From positions 1-64,000 of the IMG/VR virus record IMGVR_UViG_3300020274_000001: DNA of 64,000 nt, one strand, 5' to 3'. This document shows positions 59,565 through 64,000 of this stretch, in pieces. This stretch comes from a virus. How positions within the stretch are numbered: the stretch's first letter is position 1; the number at the start of each line of letters is the position of its first letter. The notes beneath the pieces were generated by a model that made no database searches, was not told the DNA's origin, and saw only the letters and a list, made by a program, of their open reading frames with translations. A program made the position numbers and the translations under genes.

Positions 59565-60532
59565 CCGGAGGAATATCCTCCATAGATGGAAGTATAACAA
59601 CCCATACGCTTGCGTGTGAATTGAATTAGTTCAATTCATACGCACTTGAAACCCTTGCCCTAATGGGGCGAGCATAATCCTCGTGAGGAGGAGGTTATGG
59701 AACGCAAAGACCCGAATCGTAATTACGTCTCCTTGGGAGATGTAATGCGACAGAGGCAACGGCAAAATTCAATTACAGCACCACAGACAAAACGTCCGTG
59801 CTCTCCTGTTTTTGACTCTGAGCACTATCCTCATAGAAAGCAGACGATATTAAAATAGACACACCACATAGTAAGAAGACCGCAACGTCTGCGTATAAGT
59901 CTTGGTCGAAAGGCCAACAGTGGTGTGTCGTTCGGTGAACGGGTGATGCCGCATCGAGGGGTCCGACAATAGAGGGCGAGAGCCGCATGTTTGACGGGGT
60001 TTCACCGCCTCGGAGTGCCGGAATATGGTGTCGCAACCATTTCACAAACTCAATTATCACGGACTTTGCTAAAGCGGTTATAAGCCGCAGGCGAAATCTT
60101 CTGAACCGAATATGGGAATACCACCGTCTGGTAAACGGCCCCATGTTCTTAGGGTGAAAACTCGAGGCATTGCGAGAGTGCAATGCATTCGATGACCATA
60201 CGAGTATTCGTATCTCGCGGGTCGCACAAAATTTCTCGCCAGACTACGTCTGGAACGAAATTTAGAAGCGACAAGAAGCGAATTCTAATGAATACTCCAC
60301 CTACGCACAATACACTCATGCACATCCCCGCGAGATACGAATACTCGTGCCGCGGCATGCATGAAAGACGTGTAAGTTGTCTATGACGAGCATATGGCGT
60401 TGGAATATCTTCTAACGACTATTATGCACGGCGTGCACAAAGGTCCTATCGTAACGTTAGGGCCCATGGATATCTATCGAATGATAAAAACAAATTATAG
60501 TGCAGGAATATAGTCTTGCAACTTATAATGAC

Positions 60533-60670
60533 TTAATCAACGAACATCCAATGAATATTTACCGGTATCTTGACACCCGTTGTTAACCAACAGTTGTCCT
60601 AAGTATTGGGAAAACCATTCGTTTGGTATGAAGAACCATTTGTTATTGAGCCAGAGAAGACTACGTGTCT
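60533..60670 (+). pseudogene. degenerate fragment of the capsid gene (corresponds to about 1983-2120)
   Basis: LINEH/Q*IFTGILTPVVNQQLS*VLGKPFVWYEEPFVIEPEKT vs LITEHQWRISGIETPVIDQQIFEVLEEPFVWYEEPIVIEPEKT. Confidence 0.85.
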
Positions 60671-61448
60671 TACGGTTAAACAATGGAGATGTAACAGAAA
60701 GATGTTCTAAGAGGAATTCTTAGAGCGTTTTTTGTCGACAGTATATAAAGACAGGAATTTTAAGCCTGCATATAAACATTTGACACCGACAAGATGTATC
60801 TTACCCGAGACGGTAAGGATACAACTAAAGAAGACTGAGGTCTCTGACGAGCACTCAATCTTCTCTACTTGTCTTCTGTTGCATCCATCCTTGTGGGACA
60901 TTGTCCCATTTTGCTTTCGCTACGGAAAGGAAGTTGCGTAACTGCGACTTACCCTCCGATGAGGGAGCGGCGTCCCCACCATTATTTGGCTGGGATGTTA
61001 AGGAAAGTTCGTCCAACCCGTCCTCCTCACTTGAGGTGGAAGGTAAAGACATCTCGTTGGTTCCAAGTGACTCTGCATGTAAGGTTGTAACCTCTTGCAA
61101 GGTGTCACCACCATCACTGGAAAGAGACGTAGAATCTTCTACATTTTCTCTTTCTTCGGCGATGGAATCGGTAGTGTTCTTGGACATAACCAGAGGTATG
61201 GTTTCCGAAATATATACATTTCGGGACAATATCTGCTGTAAAACATATTCCAAGGACAAATTGTGGTATTGAACGATACTGCATTCCCATAAACAGGTAG
61301 CAAAGTTCCTCAAGAGTTTTGCTAATACAGTGGCATCATACTGACGTCACAAGTAATCCAGAGATACTCTGGGCATAACCTGCAATATAGGGTAAGAAGA
61401 TATTCTAAGCACAATTGGTGGGTATCCCCACCCCGTGGCCATCTCAAC

Positions 61449-61502
61449 TGGGGCTCTTCGAACAGAGGAGTATCCACAAAAGGTGAATACGGAAAGGCAA
61501 TT
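61449..61502 (+). pseudogene. degenerate fragment of the capsid gene (1740-1793)
   Basis: WGSSNRGVSTKGEYGKAI vs WGYENKGVWPKGEYGKGI. Confidence 0.7.
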
Positions 61503-61694
61503 TGCAATTGCAAAATTCTTGTTGATAAGTAATTCAACAGGGCAGTGATATCGATGATGATGGTAGTCACTCTATTGATAGAGTAGATAAAGCCAATATA
61601 GTCAACAAAGATATTCTAAGTGTATTAACTATTGTAAAGAATAAGTTTTGCCACGCTCGCGTCTCATGATGTTAGTTGGTCAAAACTGCAAACT

Positions 61695-61734
61695 AAAGAA
61701 AATGGAATTACGACCGTATTACGACAAGCCGGCT
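61695..61734 (+). pseudogene. fragment of the capsid gene start (1640-1679)
   Basis: MELRPYYDKPA vs MELRPYYDRPT, with the A-rich upstream flank. Confidence 0.8.
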
Positions 61735-62379
61735 CGGCTTGAGTTTGAGAAAGGTCGTGAGAAACATAGTCTTTGAAGAATAACATAAGGATAGGACATT
61801 CTTATTCAAGAGTGGAAGTATACCCGGTGACCTGACTTTATTGTCAGGGAGAACACAAAAATGTAGAGCAGTCTATCGAATAGACATTGAAATCTACGTA
61901 ATAACAAACCGGCTTCACGCATGCGCAAGAAGAACAACATGTTCTTCCAGCATATGCGGGTTGGACTAATGCTTGAAACATATTCTAAGACTATTATTGA
62001 CATGAAAGGTCGCTTCAAACGTTCCACCCCGGTGGGACCTCTGTGAGCACTACTTTGTTCGGAAGAAAGAAGAGGCGAGAAACGATTCTGCCTTGTTTCA
62101 GAACCATGTCAAGAACATATTCTAAAGCATATCTGCTACTAAATGATGGTAACGAAGAAGGCTGTGTCTTTCTTCTTTCCAATCTTCTTGCTTGTGCAAG
62201 AGCGTGGTAGTAAGATTGCTTGGACTTGCAATCAATTACGATGGCGTATGCGTATGCGTTTTGGAGGGCTGTTTAGCAGTGTGTCCCCGACCCCGGGAAG
62301 CGTTATCAGCGCATTACACACGAAGCCCACCGCCTCGAGGTTAAACACCCCTCGGTTATACGTGACTAAGTCACACAGA

Positions 62380-64000
62380 ATGGAATCTAAAGATTTCGGA
62401 GATACCCTTAACGGGGCTATGACGGCACACGTTCCAATCGTGGCCGCACATACATCAGAGGTTGATGCTACAATCGCTGAAGTATTGAAATTTGGTCTGA
62501 CGACCGTTCCGGAGATGAGAGTAAAGGGCCCCGAAGGGGGACCTATTCGAGTCCCCATGAACAAGAAGGCCAAGACGTTTGTATGGCGACAAGCAGACGA
62601 AGGTTTCCGTGAATGGAACCTTTACTACCCGGGCGGACACCCTCAACAATTCCAAATTGTGAATAGGGTCGAAGGTCCGGAAGATGAAGACTTGGAAATT
62701 GCGGCTCCCAACCATGGGACCGAGATTATCCTATGTGATGGACAAGAGACAGGCGACCCCTTCCGAGAAACAATTGAATATATTGAAAATTGGGACTGGA
62801 AGGCTGACGGACCTGCGCAGTTCATCTTGCGAGATATGCACTATCATCTCAACCCGTTGCAAGGGACCCAAAAAGGTCTCGGTGCAGACGACATGGAAGA
62901 GAACGTTGATAGATTGGCTCGCGCTTGTGAACGTATTGCTGGAATGGCAAAATACGTCCAAATCATCATCTTGCACGAAACTCGCTGGCATGTTCCAGCA
63001 GAGTTGGACGGCTTTGTATACCGTGTCAGAATTCACCCTCCTAACAAGGAGTCTCGAATCGAAAAGATTCGATACATGAAGGAAGGTATTGAAGAAGACG
63101 CAAGCAGTATACAGTCGTATCCTAAAGTCGCAAACATGACAGACGTCGACATTGAAGACGTTGCTGATGCTGGAGCCGGTTTGACTTCTACACAATTTGA
63201 AAATCTATTGTGTATGAGTCTTGCCAATAATGCCGATATGAGTGGCCAATTTATCCTTCGAGAGAAGGCAAAGTTGGTCGAACAGGCTGGTTTCAAACTC
63301 ATCACGCCAAAAGAGTCCTTTGACAACATCGGTGGTCTTGAACCACTGAAGAAATGGGCTCGCCGCCGAAAGCGTCGATTTACTGACGCCGCTGGCTTGT
63401 ATGGATTCCGTCGCGCACCGCGAGGAATGCTACTTGCTGGTGTCCCCGGCTGTGGGAAGACTCTACTCGCTAAGGCTACGGCCAAAGAGTGGAACATGAA
63501 CATTATCGCTGTTCGAGCACCTGACTTGAAAGGGTCATTGGTGGGCGAATCAGAAGAGAAGACACAAAAGTTGCTTGATATGGCTGAAGCGAATGGACCC
63601 TGTGTGGTCTTTATCGACGAAGCCGAGAAGTTGCTTGGTTCTCAAGATTCTGTAAGAGATGGAGGAGCACACGACGCCGTTCTGGCGCAGTTCCTTTCAT
63701 TCATGCAGGACAACGAGGCTGGTGTATACTTCATCTTCACTGCGAATCAAATGAACAAATTCCCGCCAGAACTGGTTGACCGATTTGAAGGTCGCTGGTT
63801 CGTTGACTTGCCAAGCGCAGACGAGAGAGAAGGTATTCTGAATATCCACCTCACTTTGAACGCAAGCGACAACAACGGACTTTTGGAAATTGCTAATGAT
63901 GAATCCATTATGGAGAAACTCATTAAGAAGACCGAAGGTTTCAGTGGTCGTAACATTGAGCAAGCAGTCGAAGAGGCGATGGACCTCGGGTTCGAAGAGA
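62380..64000 (+). CDS. Ycf46-like AAA+ ATPase, 3'-truncated (not in ORF track)
   Basis: Open from ATG 62380 to the window end; FILRDMH, IGGLEPLKKW, Walker A GVPGCGKT, Walker B VFIDEAEK, TANQ, FSGRNIEQ. Confidence 0.9.
   Translation, partial: MESKDFGDTLNGAMTAHVPIVAAHTSEVDATIAEVLKFGLTTVPEMRVKGPEGGPIRVPMNKKAKTFVWRQADEGFREWNLYYPGGHPQQFQIVNRVEGPEDEDLEIAAPNHGTEIILCDGQETGDPFRETIEYIENWDWKADGPAQFILRDMHYHLNPLQGTQKGLGADDMEENVDRLARACERIAGMAKYVQIIILHETRWHVPAELDGFVYRVRIHPPNKESRIEKIRYMKEGIEEDASSIQSYPKVANMTDVDIEDVADAGAGLTSTQFENLLCMSLANNADMSGQFILREKAKLVEQAGFKLITPKESFDNIGGLEPLKKWARRRKRRFTDAAGLYGFRRAPRGMLLAGVPGCGKTLLAKATAKEWNMNIIAVRAPDLKGSLVGESEEKTQKLLDMAEANGPCVVFIDEAEKLLGSQDSVRDGGAHDAVLAQFLSFMQDNEAGVYFIFTANQMNKFPPELVDRFEGRWFVDLPSADEREGILNIHLTLNASDNNGLLEIANDESIMEKLIKKTEGFSGRNIEQAVEEAMDLGFEE

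Larger units (their letters stand above)
46979..62378 (+). repeat. dispersed hairpin+NYAG element, about 30 copies, directly 5' of ORFs and ncRNAs
   Basis: Examples: GGCCC-AAT-GGGTC-ACAG-ATG (47133), GGTCC-TAT-GGACC-ACAG-ATG (54046), GGCTC-AAT-GAGCC-ATAG-ATG (53256); covarying stems. Confidence 0.9.
59565..62379 (+). ncRNA. 2.8-kb hairpin-dense noncoding region containing capsid-gene fragments
   Basis: Perfect 22-bp stem 60200-60221/60327-60348; hairpin 59611-59644; dozens of short inverted repeats; no credible ORF. Confidence 0.55.

Noticed and set aside
60855-61313. ORFs 60855-61313(-) and 60901-61272(+)
   Set aside because: Mutually antisense, Ser-rich, no recognisable motifs or start signals, within hairpin-dense sequence; probably chance ORFs.
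46979-62378. Hairpin elements as intrinsic terminators, H/ACA boxes or N4-type template-strand promoters
   Set aside because: No U-tract follows them. The tail is NYAG (also GCAG, CCAG, TCAG) rather than strict ACA. G-T wobble on the + strand would be A-C mismatches on the template strand.
59565-62379. CRISPR array
   Set aside because: The repeated word is only about 13 nt with irregular spacing. There is no regular repeat-spacer period and no cas operon; the Cas4-like nuclease is a standalone replication-region gene.

Overview
This window looks like part of a large (>64 kb) dsDNA virus or virus-like element of archaea. The host is most likely Marine Group II/Poseidoniales-like, inferred from the thermosome CYDGTT motif, PolB GHTDS motif, archaeal Rpo1/Rpo5 and leaderless archaeal-style promoters. 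No HK97 capsid, portal or terminase is visible. Region 1-26 kb is a virion module: a protamine-like Arg-rich membrane protein, putative jelly-roll capsid proteins, many small membrane proteins, two spike/fibre proteins, a group II chaperonin and an Arf/Ras-like small GTPase operon. Region 26-38 kb holds a PD-(D/E)XK nuclease, tRNA-Arg(CCG), a GIY-YIG-like nuclease, two serine-recombinase homologues and PolB. Region 38.5-45.8 kb (minus strand) encodes a fused, divergent RNA polymerase largest subunit, Rpo5/RpoH and RNase HI. Region 46.4-64 kb is the most unusual. It has three identical promoter-like repeats, about 30 copies of a covarying hairpin+NYAG element placed directly in front of almost every gene or RNA, and several large, hairpin-rich noncoding RNAs (0.5-2.8 kb). 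One of these RNAs contains scrambled fragments of a related capsid gene. A nuclease-less IS110/Nop-family (TasA-like) protein, an HD hydrolase, a P-loop kinase and a Ycf46/DUF1257/DUF2997 set are also there. All calls come from reading motifs by eye; no database searches or folding programs were run.
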